DNA of 64,000 bases from the human T2T-CHM13v2.0 reference genome, Homo sapiens. The notes below the pieces were generated by a model. It made no database searches and was not told the DNA's origin. It worked only from the letters and a program-made list of their open reading frames with translations. Numbering within the stretch: the stretch's first letter is position 1; every line of letters begins with the position of its first letter. Shown in pieces: positions 29,189-43,440 of the stretch. The stretch is from NCBI GenBank assembly GCA_009914755.4, contig CP086569.2:3136001-3200000 (forward strand). The letters are read 5' to 3'. The translations under genes and the position numbers were made by a program.

Positions 29189-30039
29189 GTGATAAACATG
29201 CAGCTACTGTATGGTTGGAAAGCCAGAAAAATTAACAGACAGCATTAAAAAACTATTATACAAAATTAAACATGCTAAAACAAAAGTCATTTAGAATAAT
29301 TACTGAGTCCACAGCAAATTATATATCTCTTTCCCATGTTATATTGTTTTGGAAAGTTATAGCATGTATTAGTATTTCATTCCCTTTCATCACAAAATAC
29401 CATCCCATTTATAACTATGTCATATTCCTTTATTCATTAATCAGCTTTTGGACATTTGAGTTGTATACTTTTTTATTATTTTGGAAGATGCTTCTATGAA
29501 GTATCATATCAGGTTTTTGTGTAAGCATAAATGTTCAACTCTCTGGAATGTATAGCTAAGTATTGAAATTGCTGGATCATATACTAATTATATATTTAGC
29601 ATTTAGAAAAATTAAAAAGTAGGTTTCCAAAGTAATTGTACAATTTTCCTATCCCACCAGTTATGTAGAGGAGTTGCAGTTCACCCACATCCTTGTCAAA
29701 ACTTGTTATTGTCTTTTATTATTATAGCCATCTTAGTGCATAACCAGTTTTGGTGCTTGTGAATTTTTCTAATAACTAATGATATTGAACGTCTTTTCAT
29801 GTATTTACTGGCCATTTGCGTAGCTTTGAAGAAATGTTTATTCACATCCTTTGCCCATTTAAAAATGAGTAATTTCTTTTTTTATTATTGAGTTTTCAGT
29901 ATTCTTTATATATTCCAGATACTAGTCTCTTATCAAATATATTGTCTACAAATAATTTCTTACATTTTGTAGGTTGTCTTTTGTTATATCATCAACTAAT
30001 AACTCTGTTGGTGAGGAAGGAATTCCCTAGAGTTATGGA

Positions 30040-30360
30040 GATGGCCAAACATATGACTGACTCTTGATAGATGAAATCGAGGGCAGTTTGTTTCTCACAT
30101 ACAAGCACAGCCACAGGAGAAGACACTGCATAACACACAGGACCACACAAGGGTTACATCCAGGAACAGAGTGAACAACCAGGAACTTTGAGAAACAGAT
30201 TTTTTAGTGTGAAGAGGGTGGGATGTCCCCTGTTTGCTGCAGGAGAATGTAATTGGTTTCTTTGCATAATTCTGTAGGCTGGTAGGGCACTGAAATCCAC
30301 TTATCAAGAATATACAGAAACTACTGCTGGTACTTTTCATAACGAGAATTGTTTTTTTCT
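30040..30360 (+). repeat. Copy A of an unclassified interspersed repeat, homologous to 38560-38890
   Basis: Shared blocks include 'ggccaaaca...', 'gtgggatgtcccctgtttgctgcaggagaatgtaattggtttctttgcataattctgtaggctggtagggcactgaaatcc...agaattg'. The copy at 38560 reads 'gtgtgggataactcctgattcctgaaggaagatgtgattggctagtttgaataattctacaggctggcagtgaactgaaac...agaattg'. Confidence 0.45.
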
Positions 30361-31684
30361 GTTTTTGTGTGTGTGCATTTTTTTTTTCTGCTTTATCCAT
30401 GGGAGCAGAAGGGGAGGTGAACATGTAGTTAGGCCATTTGAAACACTAATGATGTTACCAGATACCAAGAAGGCACATAATATTGGACCTTTATTTTAGA
30501 CCTTAACCCACAATTGACCTTTGATTCCTTGGTATCAATTTAAACTCAATAATGGCTAAAACTTTTAGGGAGTAGGACAAGTGCATCCCTAGCGAATTTA
30601 GTGCATGAAATAGAGGAAGAAGGCCACATAATGAGGTAGTCATCAAAAAGAATGAATTTTAGAGGTATCTCTCTTTATGTCCAGTAAAAGAAATCGAGGG
30701 ACTTGTGTGACATTGGTGTAGGGAGAGCATGTCTCCAGGGCATGTGATTTGAGATTAATTAATGCCTCTGGCAATAATAACATCCATTGGGGTTCTCTTG
30801 GCCATTTGTCAGTTAACTAGTATCTCTGAGGATTTCATTATACTTCTCAATTAAACTTCTGCTTGAGACCTATAGGTGAAATGTAAAGTCCACTAAATAC
30901 CTTCTTTGAGAACCCAGAATTGTATATTCTGAGAGGTAAAAGTGCCTTGATCATGATCATTAATATCTGGAACTCAAAAAGATAAGTGTCCTGGTAAAGC
31001 CTTGTTTTACAGCCTTAGTAGTCTAGAGATATTCATAAACTTGATTAAAATTTTCGGTATATGTGAGTCAGGAAACTATGAGTGCTTTACCCCAAAGGGG
31101 GAAGCTCCTAGTCAGTGGCCCAGAATTAGTAAAATTTGCAAAACAGGACATTTGTTGGATAGGGCATCCAGTGCCAAGGTGACTACAAGAAGTTTGGCCA
31201 TTTGCATTGATCCTTGGGTCTTGTCCTTTAACAGGGATGTTCTGGTTAAGAATGGAAAGCAGTCACATTTCTCTGAGTTTCATCACCTATCATGGTGGTA
31301 ATATCTGTAAAGTGTTATGAACTTTGAAAGAAACCAAAATATTTCACTCCAAAATATATTTCTTTGACATATTTCAAGATGGCTATTTAAAAAGGTTGGA
31401 ATTTGCTGAAATGCTATCTTTTGTGGGAGAGATATGAATCTGTAGAAAAAAATCTCCATTGATGTAGTAAGGCTTTTTCTGAGGGCCTTCTCTTGTTTCT
31501 CATTCATATCTAAGAAATATTAACTGAGAGCCTGAAACTTTTAAAGTTTTGAAAGAAACACTTACCAACTATTCTCTCTAAGGGCCATACCTGTGATGTC
31601 TCATCTACATAACAGACTACTTCTTCTCTCTGTTTAGTATTTGTAATGCCACTATAACCTGTTTTGCCATGATTCAAGCCACCA

Positions 31685-31990
31685 TTTTTTTTTTTTTTTT
31701 TTGAGACAGAGTCTTGTTCTGTCACCCAGACTGGAGTGTAGTAGCATGGTCATAGCTCACTGCAGCCTTGACTTCCCGGGCTCAAGTAATCCTCTTACCT
31801 CAGCCTCCCAAGTAGCTTGGAAGACAGGCACACACCACCATGCTTGACTAATATATATTTTTTATTTTTTGTAGAGACACAGTCTCACTATGTTACCCAG
31901 GCTTGTCTCGAACTCCTGAGCTCAAGCGATCCTCTCACCTCAGCATCCTCAAATGCTGACATTACAGGAGTGAGCCACCACATGTGGTCA
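31685..31990 (-). mobile_element. Alu (diverged, AluJ/S-like), minus strand
   Basis: The element begins with an 18-nt poly-T followed by 'gagacagagtcttgttctgtcacccagactggagtgtagtagcatggtcatagctcactgcagccttgacttcccgggctcaagtaatcc...', and ends '...ctcagcatcctcaaatgctgacattacaggagtgagccacca'. Confidence 0.9.
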
Positions 31991-33937
31991 AATCCTTTAT
32001 TCTTTTTGTAAACCTCAAGATGCTTTTATAAGCTTATGAACACTATTGGGATTGGGAGTAATCACTCTGTGGTTCTCCCTGAGCATGTTAAAATTGCATG
32101 TCATTTATTCTATTAATCGGCCTTTTGTTTGTTGATTTTTCAGCAAAACTTCGGAGGGCAAAGGGGAAGTTTTCTTTGGCCCTTACAACTTTTATTATTT
32201 TCACTCAGTTGCTCCCAAGGGGCTCCATAGCCAGTGAAGGTTTCTGGTAGACAGGTTACCTCCTCCAGCACCATAGCATCTGGCCAGGGACTGAGGACAA
32301 GAGAGGTCACTACCTCCAATAGATGAAATGTGCCAGAGGACCCATGTTTGGCTTCATCTTGTGGCAAGTAGGACTTGGTGGCCATGCCAAATTTGTGAGG
32401 TCTCACTTTCATGATCCAAGGCATAACGGGCTTCTAGGTATGCAGGGTTAGGGGCTCAGGATCTGTGAGGGCCTATCTTCTCAGGGAACCCAGTATATGA
32501 CCAGCAATTGCCACTGTAATGGTGCATAGTGCTGAGCCTAATGGGCAGTTTCTCACATCTAAAGCCCAGGACAACTTACATCAAAATGTAACTGCCCAAT
32601 GGGTACTCTTTGCCAGTTGCCTAGACAGAGCTGATTTATCAAGACAAGGAAATTGCAATAGAGAAAGAGTAATTCACACAGAGATGACTGTATGGGAGAC
32701 CAGAGTTTTATTATTACTCAAATCAGTCTCCAGAAAAACTCAGGGACTGGGGTTTTTAAGGACAATTTGATGGGTAGGGGGCCAGTGAGTCAGGAGTATT
32801 GATTGCTAGGGTTTGAGATGAATCACAGGAAGTTGAAGCTATCCTCTTGTGCTGAGTCAGTTCCTGGGTGGGGACCACAAGATCAGATGAGCCAGTCTAT
32901 CGATCTGGGTGTTGCCAGCTAATCTATCAAGTGCAGGCTCTGCAAAATATCTCAAGCACTGATCTTAGGTTTTACAACAGCAATGCTATCCCCAGGAGCA
33001 ATTTGGGGAGGGTCAGAATCTTGTAGACTCCAGCTGCATGACTCTGAAACCATAATTTCTATACTTGAGGCTAATTTGATAGTTCTACAAAGGCAGTCTA
33101 GCTCCCAGGCAGGAAGTGGGTTTTTTTGGGAAAGGGCTGTTATCATCTTTGTTTCAAAGTTAAACTATAAAGTACGTTCCTCCCCAAGTTAGTTTGGCCT
33201 ACACTCGGGAATGAACAAGGACAGCTTGGAGGTTATAAGCAAGGTGGAGTCAGGTGAGATCTCTTTCACTGTAATAATTTTCTCAGTTATAATTTTTGCA
33301 ATGGCAGTTTCATAAAGAATCTCTAGGAGTGCCTGTTGATTTCAATTTGGACATATTCTAGATTCTTTTGTTGGAGAGTCTTCCATTTAAAGTTTGTCAA
33401 TTTTAAAGTCACATAGCAGTAATATTAAGCAAAATTTATAAAGGAGGAATATGTTGCCTCCAGAATCCAAAAATGATCAAAAGATGCTGGACTTTTATAA
33501 ATATTATGGGTGCTGAGAACATGAATAGCTCTTTCTTGACAGTGTCAGGGATGAAGCAATCTTCAGTTCACCAAGTGATTTTTAGAAATTTAACAAAGGT
33601 GGCAGGGCTTTTCACTATATATGGAGCAATGACTTATTTTTTTTGGAAACTCCCTTGTATTTGTATTTCCTTAATCAGCATATCAAACAAACCTTCTCAG
33701 AGGAGAATGTAATCAATGTAATATACTCATGCTCCTGAAAAAAAAGACAGCAGAGTTAATATCTTGCCTACAAAAATTGTGTGTAATGGCAAGGCTACTG
33801 AAATACACCATAGGTAGCATGATACAGGTGTATTGTGTCCCTTCAAAGGGAAAAGTAAACTTCAGCAGAGAGGCATTGAAATAGAAATTGAACAGAACGT
33901 GTTAGCCAAATTTATAATAGGACAATATTTCCCTGTT

Positions 33938-34047
33938 GCTATTTGGAGGGAGTCAGTATTTTCAGTGATATTGGGCATAGGAGGCCTTAGTGCTATTTGG
34001 AGGGAGTCAGTATTTTCAGTGATATTGGGCATAGGAGGCCTTAGTGG
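33938..34047. repeat. Perfect tandem duplication of a 54-bp unit (2 copies)
   Basis: 'gctatttggagggagtcagtattttcagtgatattgggcataggaggccttagt' is repeated back-to-back. It also shows as the repeated peptide 'AIWRESVFSVILGIGGLS' in ORF 33833..34051. Confidence 0.95.
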
Positions 34048-34604
34048 ATGAGACCATAACATTAAAGTTGCAGTAATCTGCCATGAGAAACTATTCATTT
34101 TTTCCAGGTTTAAGAGCTGGCCAAATAAGTTGTTAAATGGAAAAGCTGTGGGGATAATTACCTTTTTACTAATTAGGTACTTGTGTTCAGATAATAACTC
34201 TCTGACACCAGCTAGGTGTCCTGATATTCAATTCAATTTTGATCATGACTATCTGAAATTAGTGCAGACCCCAAATGTTAAGTCCCACAGACTACCCTCA
34301 CTTTAAATGTCAGTCCCAAGTTCTGGGTGCCACCTGCACTTTCAACTGACCAACTATAAATGTAGGGTTTCCCTTAAATTATGATAATTCACTAGAATTA
34401 CTTACAAAACTCTCAGGCAAGTGTTATATTATGGGTACTGTTGTATTATAAATTACATAAATAAACAGTCAGATGAAGAGATACGTAAGGCAAGGGAGTG
34501 CAGTAGCACAACATTTCTGTCCCGGTGTTGTTGGGGTGTGCCATCCTCCCATTACATAAACATGTTTACCAGGCAAGAAGCTCTCCAAGTCTCATTGTAC
34601 AGAG

Positions 34605-34640
34605 TTTTTTTTTTTGTTTTTTTGTTTTTTTGTTTTTTTT
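34605..34640. repeat. T-rich microsatellite, (T)n/(GTTTTTTT)n
   Basis: 'tttttttttttgtttttttgtttttttgtttttttt'. Confidence 0.9.
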
Positions 34641-35263
34641 GGTGGAAGTTTTACCATGTAGGCATGCTTAATTACATCAGTGGCCAAGTTATTTAACTCA
34701 ATCTTCAGCCCTTCTCCCTTCCCTGAAGGTAATAAAGTGGGGTTGAAAATTTTTTTCTGCCTAATCATGTGGTTGGTTTTTCTGGCAACCAACTCCCATC
34801 CTGAAGTTATCTAGGGACCCTGCCATGAGTCACCTTCTTAGCATAAACTCTGGTATGGTCCCAAGGGGCTTTTTAAAAATAACAAAGGACATTTCTATCA
34901 CTCAGGAAATATCAAACATTTTTTGAAACTCTGTGCCAAGAAGGGAGAACAAAAGTCCAAATAGATTTACATTTAATATACTATAGTCTTATATAATACA
35001 TTTCAATTGTTGAAATGTATTGTTTTAATTTATACTGGGCTATGTTGACTATTTTACCTTGAGGTTTATAGGGTACCATTTTGTCAATCTATTGTATAAA
35101 TGACAGAAACAATTTAATTTTATGATAACTAAGGTGACTTATACCTGTTAATCTTCTATTGTATATTTAGTTAACCCCCACTAAGATTATAGTAGGTACT
35201 GTTATATTAGATAGCTAGTCAGACATGAACAGGGAAGGAGAGGCCCCCACCACTACCAGGAAT

Positions 35264-35893
35264 GTCAGGCAACTATCAGGTGATGGTCAGGTAGTTGTTA
35301 AACTGTTTCTCTAAAATAATAATTGGTCTCAGCTGGCATCAGGGAACGGTAGTCTCCAAATGGATATAGGAAACCTAGGGGCTGGTGATCGGCAGATTCC
35401 TGATGGGACCTTGGGAGCTGGGTGAGTGGGTTCAAGCATATTCACTAAAAGGCAAAATGGCAGAATATAACTGGTATATGACCTCCTAGGGACATTCAAC
35501 TGGTAAAGGAAGAATGTCTCAAGTGAGCATGTATAAAACTCCAATAAATGCACTGCACATGCTCACCTCCCAAGTGCTGGTAGGCCACTTTGCATGTGGA
35601 CAGCCCACCCCAAGGGAAGAACCAGGGGAGAAGGGACCCAAGACCCCAGAAATATACCAACATATAAAACCCCTAGTCAAAAGGTCAAACAGTGCCGTTG
35701 ATCTCTCAAGTCGCCCATTGGCCCTCTTCCAAGCATACACATTTCTTTCTAATACTCTCTAATAAACTTCACTTCTGCTTTAAAATTTGCCTCAGTCTCT
35801 CCTTCTGCCTTATGCCCCTCAGTTGAAATATTGCTTCTGAGGAGGCAAGAATTGAGTTTGTTGCAGACCTGTATGGATTCACTGCCACTAACA
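35264..35893 (+). mobile_element. Solo/5' LTR of a class I (gammaretrovirus-like) ERV. The U3 TATA, R poly-A signal and U5 are readable. The family is not determined.
   Basis: The LTR starts 'tgtcaggcaac'. 'atataaaacccc' (TATA) lies about 100 bp upstream of 'ctctaataaacttcacttctgc' (AATAAA). It ends '...ctgccactaaca' immediately before a tRNA-His-like PBS. Confidence 0.5.
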
Positions 35894-35976
35894 TACTCTG
35901 GTGCTCCGTGACTCAGATACGTTCTGCTGCTAATATACTTTGGTGCCGTGTGACTCATACATTCTGCTGCTACAGT
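35894..35976 (+). other. Primer-binding-site region complementary to the tRNA-His 3' end, present as a tandem ~42-bp duplication
   Basis: 'tactctggtgctccgtgactcagatacgttctgctgctaat' then 'atactttggtgccgtgtgactcatacattctgctgctacagt'. Both contain near-matches to the His PBS 'tggtgccgtgactcggat'. Confidence 0.55.
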
Positions 35977-36099
35977 ACTATGTTTAAATTTAATGAGATT
36001 CCCAGGTATAACTGTAATTTGAAACCCAGTATTAAATTTACAAGAGTTTTCCTGTTGGTACATTTTAACAGATGTTACAGTTAATTCACAACTTGTGTT

Positions 36100-37300
<1,201 letters not shown>

Positions 37301-38559
37301 ATATAGCACCTGGGATTAAGTCCATTTTTAATTAACCCCTTCATTGTGCCACAGGGGTGACATGGGTCTTTTCTCCTATAACACTAAGGCCAGAACTTTG
37401 TTGAAACAAAGCCATAAACAGAAAAATGGCACAGCAGGTTTTGAGCGTCACAACTCAGATGACAAACATCCTTCCTTTCCTCACATTTTATTTTTATTTT
37501 TTCTCTGCATAAATTTCCTCATAATATTTTGGATTTCTAGCCGTATAAAGTCATGGCTTTCAGTTTCTGTCTCCATCCAATTTTGCATGAGTGGTAACAT
37601 TCTGCATAGTTACAGAGATAGTTTTGGAAGCATGTGGCCTGGACTGCCTCTTAGGCAGCCACCTACTTTCTCCAGGGATTGCCAGTCAATTTGCCTGAGA
37701 TTGAATTCCACCTCTGGTAAGATCATTTTGCCTGTGGCATGGCCAGAGGCCATCAAGCCCCAGTATCACAAGAGTACCCCTTTGATGTGCTTATAAGTAG
37801 CAATATTGAGTAAAACCCAGGTACCTCGGCTAGTTGTTTTGCATTAGAATAGCTTGTTTTTTGATCCTTTCTCATCACCAGCCACCATGGATGTGTACCT
37901 CAATACACTTAGGGTTTAGGAGAATGTGTGCAACAACAGCAAGGCAAGCAGCAGCACAGAAAATATGTGAAGTTGTTACCCTCACCTGAATAACAATGAC
38001 TCTTGTTAAGCACCAGGGTGCCATGTTTGATTCTTCCCAAGGTGGTGATCTCCTTTGTTTTCACAATCCTCACCAAGGTCTATGCCTGGGTCTATCCCAA
38101 GGGTACACAATCACAAAAATGTCTGTATGGATCTCTCCACCAGCCAATGACAGTCACCAGGCTAGACACATTTGACCAGAGAGCTCTAGGCTGATTCTTG
38201 GAAAGTATGACTCAATAGCCAACCAGTTAGGCTGCTGTGTTTTTGCCACCTTTATAGGTGGTAGACTTGAAGACCACCAGAGGCCAAACTCATCTGCACA
38301 TTATGCTGTCGTCAATTAATAACAATTCTTGCCTTTTGTATGAGAGTATTTTAGGGTAGGAAGAGATAGAGACAACAAAGTACCTTAAAAGCCAACATTC
38401 AAAACTAAGATAATCAGAAATTGGCAGTTCTGTCAAAGGCAGCCTTTTCCTACCATGGAACCAGTTAGTTAACGAACAACAGTTAATTAGAACTGACCAG
38501 GTGACCACAGCAATGGTTGGATAATTCTGTTCATGATAGCAATTGTTATAATCACTTTC

Positions 38560-38890
38560 TACTTAGCTTATTGATGAGAATGGATTCTTACCTGAGAATT
38601 ACGGGGGTGGCCAAACACACAACACCTCTCACTGGACAGTTAAGTTTATTAGTCACACAGACACACAGCGCAGGGTATGAGGGCACTGCCTAGTGTACAT
38701 GGCCACCCAGAGATTACAGTAGGGAATGGAGTGGACAAGCATTGGCTTTGTGAGATAGCCTTTTTAGTAACAGAAGTGTGGGATAACTCCTGATTCCTGA
38801 AGGAAGATGTGATTGGCTAGTTTGAATAATTCTACAGGCTGGCAGTGAACTGAAACTTGCTACTCATGAAAAAGCAAGAATTGCATCTGG
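38560..38890 (+). repeat. Copy B of the unclassified interspersed repeat, homologous to 30040-30360
   Basis: See copy A. 'ggccaaacacacaacacctctcactggacag...gtgtgggataactcctgattcctgaaggaagatgtgattggctagtttgaataattctacaggctggcagtgaactgaaacttgctactcatgaaaaagcaagaattg'. Confidence 0.45.
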
Positions 38891-40029
38891 TCCACTTACA
38901 GAGGATGATTTGTTTGTCTGGGATACCTTATCCTTGTGAATAGAATAGGGAGGGGAACTTGGAGTTAAGTCATTCAATGTCTGTCTTATTTCCCCATATG
39001 TAAAAGCAGCAAATACTATTGTGACTAAGTTTCAGACCTTACATGACATCTTTTTGTGTTCTTGTTGGTTTCATTTGAAGAATGCTAGTTTTTAATTTTT
39101 ATGTAGTTGAATTTGTTTACTTTTGTCTTTTGTCACTTGTGTCACATCTATAAAATTATTATCTAACCCAAGGTCTTAGTTTACTTCTATTTTTTTCTTC
39201 TATGAGTTTTATGGTGTTAGCTCTTCTATTTATTTTTTTGATACATATTTACTTAATTTTTGTATATGTATGAGGCAGGGGTTTAAATTTATTATTTTGT
39301 ATGATGATATCTAGTTGCCCCAGGATTATTTGTGGAAAATATCTTTTCCTCCATTCAAGTGTCTTGGTACTCATTTTGAATCAACTCATTATTCCACTAT
39401 TACTTTCCTTATGATAGCACCACAAAGTCTTGATTACTGTAGATTTATAGGAGGTTTTGAAATGAGGGAGTGAGTACTCCAAATTCGTTTTTTGTTTTTA
39501 AACAGTTTTAGCTATTCTTGGTTTCTCATATCTGCATGCAAATTTTAATATCAATTTGTCAATTTCTGAAAAGAAAGGAAAAAAGGCAGCTGGGATTTTT
39601 ACATGGATTTTTACACAATCCCTGTAAAATTAATGTGAGTATTGTATGTCATTGAATCTGTATATTAATATGGACATTAATGCCATCTTAACATTATTAA
39701 CACTTCTAATCCATGAATATGACATGTTTCTCTATTTAGGTCTTCTTTAATTTCTTTCAGTGGTGATTTGTATTAATTTGTGTATAAGTCTCGCATCTAT
39801 CTTGTTAAATTTATTCTAGTCTTCGTTGCTGTAATACAGTATATAATCATGCAATTGGTTTTTGTATATCGATATGTCCTTCAAATTTGTTGGACTCATT
39901 GACTAGCTCTAATGGTGGATGCTTTGAATTGTTTTATATAACATGATATTATGAGCAAATTCTAGTCTTATTTCCTAAATTGACAGGGGTTTTTAATTCA
40001 TTTTTTCCTTTTCTTCTTCTTCTTCTTCT

Positions 40030-40320
40030 TTTTTTTTTTTCTTTTGAGACAGAGTCTTGCTTATAATCCAGGCTGGAGTGCAGTGAGTGGCAGGATCACA
40101 GCTTCACTGCAGGCTCAAGCAGTCCTCCCACCTCAGTCTCCTAAGTAGCTAGAACTACAGGCATGTGCCCCCACACTTGGCTAATTTTTAAAAATCTTTT
40201 GTAGAGACAGGGTCTCACTATATTACCCAGGCTGCTCTCGAACTCGTGAACTTAAGCCATTCTCCCAGCCTGGCCTCCCAAAGTGTTGAGATTACAAGCA
40301 GGAGCCACCGTGCCAGGACT
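40030..40320 (-). mobile_element. Alu (diverged, AluJ-like), minus strand, preceded by a (CTT)n stretch
   Basis: 'ttttttttttcttttgagacagagtcttgcttataatccaggctggagtgcagtgagtggcaggatcacagcttcactgcaggctcaagcagtcctcccacctcag...ctcccaaagtgttgagattacaagcaggagccaccgtgccagg'. Confidence 0.9.
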
Positions 40321-42471
40321 AAAATTTTTTTTTTGACTAATTTTTATGGCAAGAATGTCCAGTACAATGTCAAATAGAAGTGATGATAGAAGACCTCTTT
40401 GTGTTATCCCTAATTTAAAAGAGAAGCTTCCAATATTTTCTCATTTAATATGGTATTAGTTGTAGATGTTCTTCATCAAGTTGATGAATGTCTGTTCTAT
40501 TCCTAGTGGCAATGGATAAGATCTATATATAAGTTCTATTAGAATAATAATGTTCTAGACAAAACTAGGAATAAATCATTTATAATTAAAAGTATAATTT
40601 ATCATAAAATATTTTTGAAAATATAAGATGTAACCAGAGCAAATATTTTAAAATAGGAAATGTTCCTGTCCACTTTAGAACATCCAATATCAGGGGGTTG
40701 GTTAATTAACTTTTCCTTCTATAATGAAATATCAGGTATCTGAGGCCTAAAAATTCTTAAGATGAAATAATGCCAATTATTCTACAATTAGATAAGGGGT
40801 TTAAGAAGTGGAGAACCTGCCTGCAGTGTCATATGGGAACTTGTTTCAGGAACTTACTCCTTCAAATCTAAACTGCCAATGACAGTGTTTGTCAACATTC
40901 TCTAGACTTGGTATTAGAATAGAATAAGACAAATTATGCTGCTGTAATCATTTTGACCATAAAATTTCAGTGGCATAGTCCAACAAAATTTATTTGTTAC
41001 ACGACGTCAGATGGTGTTTAGTGTTATCCAACTATCATCCAGTAACTCAGGGATTCAATGTCATGAAGAGAGTTTTCCCAGTTCAGTTTAAGTGCGATTT
41101 TGACACATGGCCACAAACACACATATGAAAATAAGGAGAAGCACAGAAATAGTGAGCACTGAATGTCTGCTATAAGCACCTCATCTAAATCAGACAATAC
41201 ACTTTACTCAAGATACAATTACAAAAACAGGGTTTGTGACCTTCTGGATGTACGTGGTATTTTGAGGAAACCAAAGGAATAAGTAATCTATTGCACTACA
41301 ATGTAACACATTGATCATATAGTAGAGGACTATGAGACAGTTATTTGTGGTGTTAATTGCACAATTAGGGAGGATAAAAGAAGAGAAAGTTTTCCTAGAA
41401 GAAGTAATATTTAAGAATTCAATAGCTTAGCATGGAGGAGGAGAAAGAGCACAATGTGATTTAGGCACAGAAAGAAATGTTCACATTCCCAGCAAGTGGG
41501 TGTTAGAACATAATGAGATATATTCTCTAGAAAGATTTCTCAGGAAGAAATAAAAGGGGTAACCAAAGAAAGCACTGAAGGCAGACAGAAAATGTGAACA
41601 GCTATTAAAATTTACCATTACCTCAGGGCACACACCTTAAAAATCCCAGATCACTATGGTGGATAGTTTTCCACGGTCTTCATCCTTGGCAGGCCACACA
41701 TTTTTAATTGGTTTATCAAGACATTAAAGCCGTCAATAGCTCACAATCAAAATAAAATTATTTAAAGGGCTCAATTATTTGGTTTCATCTTTTCTCACAG
41801 ATCTTTACCTAGTCCTTAGATTTTTTGATGAATTTAAGAACAAATTTTAGTATACTCCGAACCATATTCAACATTTTTTTGAACTAGAAAGTTCTGTTCA
41901 AATTAATTAGTCTATCATTATGAGAGTAATTATTTCATCAATAATCCCAACCTCTATTTCCGCTAAATATGCTGATTTGATCTTCCTGAGAAAAATAAGT
42001 GTGTTCAATGGGTTCTTTTCATTCTTGACCTATTCAAATACTACCCAGGATTTAGCTTGATCTTGTCTCATGTATAAAGCTTCTCTTGGCCACCCCAGAT
42101 CAAAATAACCTCTCCTGCCTTTTTGCTTTTATTTCACTTGTCTGTGTCTATCACAGTAGCTAATCCCTATAGTTAATTTTATGTGTTAATTTAGAGGGTA
42201 TTTGTGTATGAGATTAATATTAAAACTGGTTCTGGTGAACTTTGAATAAACATGTTTCCCTTCATCATGTGGATAAGCATTATGTAATCAATTAAATGCC
42301 CAAACAGAACAAAAAGACTAGCCTTTCCAAGCAAGAGGAAATTCTCTCCAACAAACTGTCTTGGAATCCATCTGCACCATAGGCTTTCCTGGGGCTTAAG
42401 GCAGCTGGCCCACAACACAAATTTTGGTTTTCTCAGCCTTTGTAATCACATTAGCCAATTCCTCATAATTT

Positions 42472-42550
42472 TTCTCTCTCTCTCCTCTCTCTCTCTATAT
42501 ATATATAATAAACAGACACACATATGTGTATGTAGACAAATATATATATC
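42472..42550. repeat. (CT)n followed by (TA)n/(CA)-rich simple repeat
   Basis: 'ctctctctctcctctctctctctatatatatataataaacagacacacatatgtgtatgtagacaaatatatatat'. Confidence 0.9.
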
Positions 42551-43299
42551 CTATTTTTTCTATTTTTCTGAAGAGCACAGAGCAGAACACTACTGTATAA
42601 ACACTTTCAAAATATGTGTATTTTTCCTAAATCAATCCATTTGTTAGGTACTCAGACACCGCCATAACATCTATAATAGATTCAGAAAATTTACTATTTT
42701 ATTTTCAAAACATTGATTGTATTTTAACACCTATTTCAGCTCAGTTATTCTGTGCTTTATTCAGCTTCACATCTTCCATAAAGTCTAACACAATGATTAG
42801 CACAAAGCAAGAAATAAAGTTTATTAACAGTTATAAAAAGCATACATGACTGATAAATTAATAAAGATTTACTTTTAATAGTACCTAGGATTATGAAAAA
42901 ATTAAATAATTGACATAAGTAAAAATTATTGTTCACCAAAATACATCCCAGTATTTGTATTGTTTTCCTACAAGCGTGGTCATGATCTATGCTAAAGAAT
43001 ATCCTATTTTACAACTGTATTCCTTTCAAATATATTTTATCTTCTCAGGTATGTGTAAATGTTTACTTCTTGCAAAATAATTATGGTGATAAGGGCAAGG
43101 CCATATTGATTTACTGTCTAGTATGCTTCATAAGTGGTCTACATGTTTAACCGATAAGTTAGCACCTCACACAATATATTCCCTTTTAAATCCCAAAATA
43201 AATGTTTGGTATTACAAACTTTCAGTACATTGTCTTTGAAATGTCAGCAGGAGTAACATTTTTTGAAGTCATGGAATTTATGTTTGCATTTTCAAAGAT

Positions 43300-43440
43300 G
43301 GCAGTGCAGTACTTCCATACAATGATTTTACGTTGGTTTTCTGTTCCTGGGTGTTTGCTAAGGATGATGACTTCCAGCTCCATCCGTGTTCCTGTAAATG
43401 ATATGAACTCATTCCTTTTTATGGCTGCAAAGAAAATACC
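43300..43440 (-). mobile_element. LINE-1 3'-end segment in inverted orientation (the 5' inverted part of what looks like a short twin-priming-type L1 insertion)
   Basis: Reverse complement of L1 '...gcagccataaaaaggaatgagttcatatcatttacaggaacacggatggagctggaagtcatcatccttagcaaacacccaggaacagaaaacc'. Confidence 0.8.

Noticed and set aside
32140-33250. A possible additional LTR/MER-type element ('...ttgcaatagagaaagagtaattcacacagagatgactgtatgggagaccagagttttattattactc...')
   Set aside because: I could not match it to a remembered consensus or find a second copy or terminal structure. It is left unannotated.
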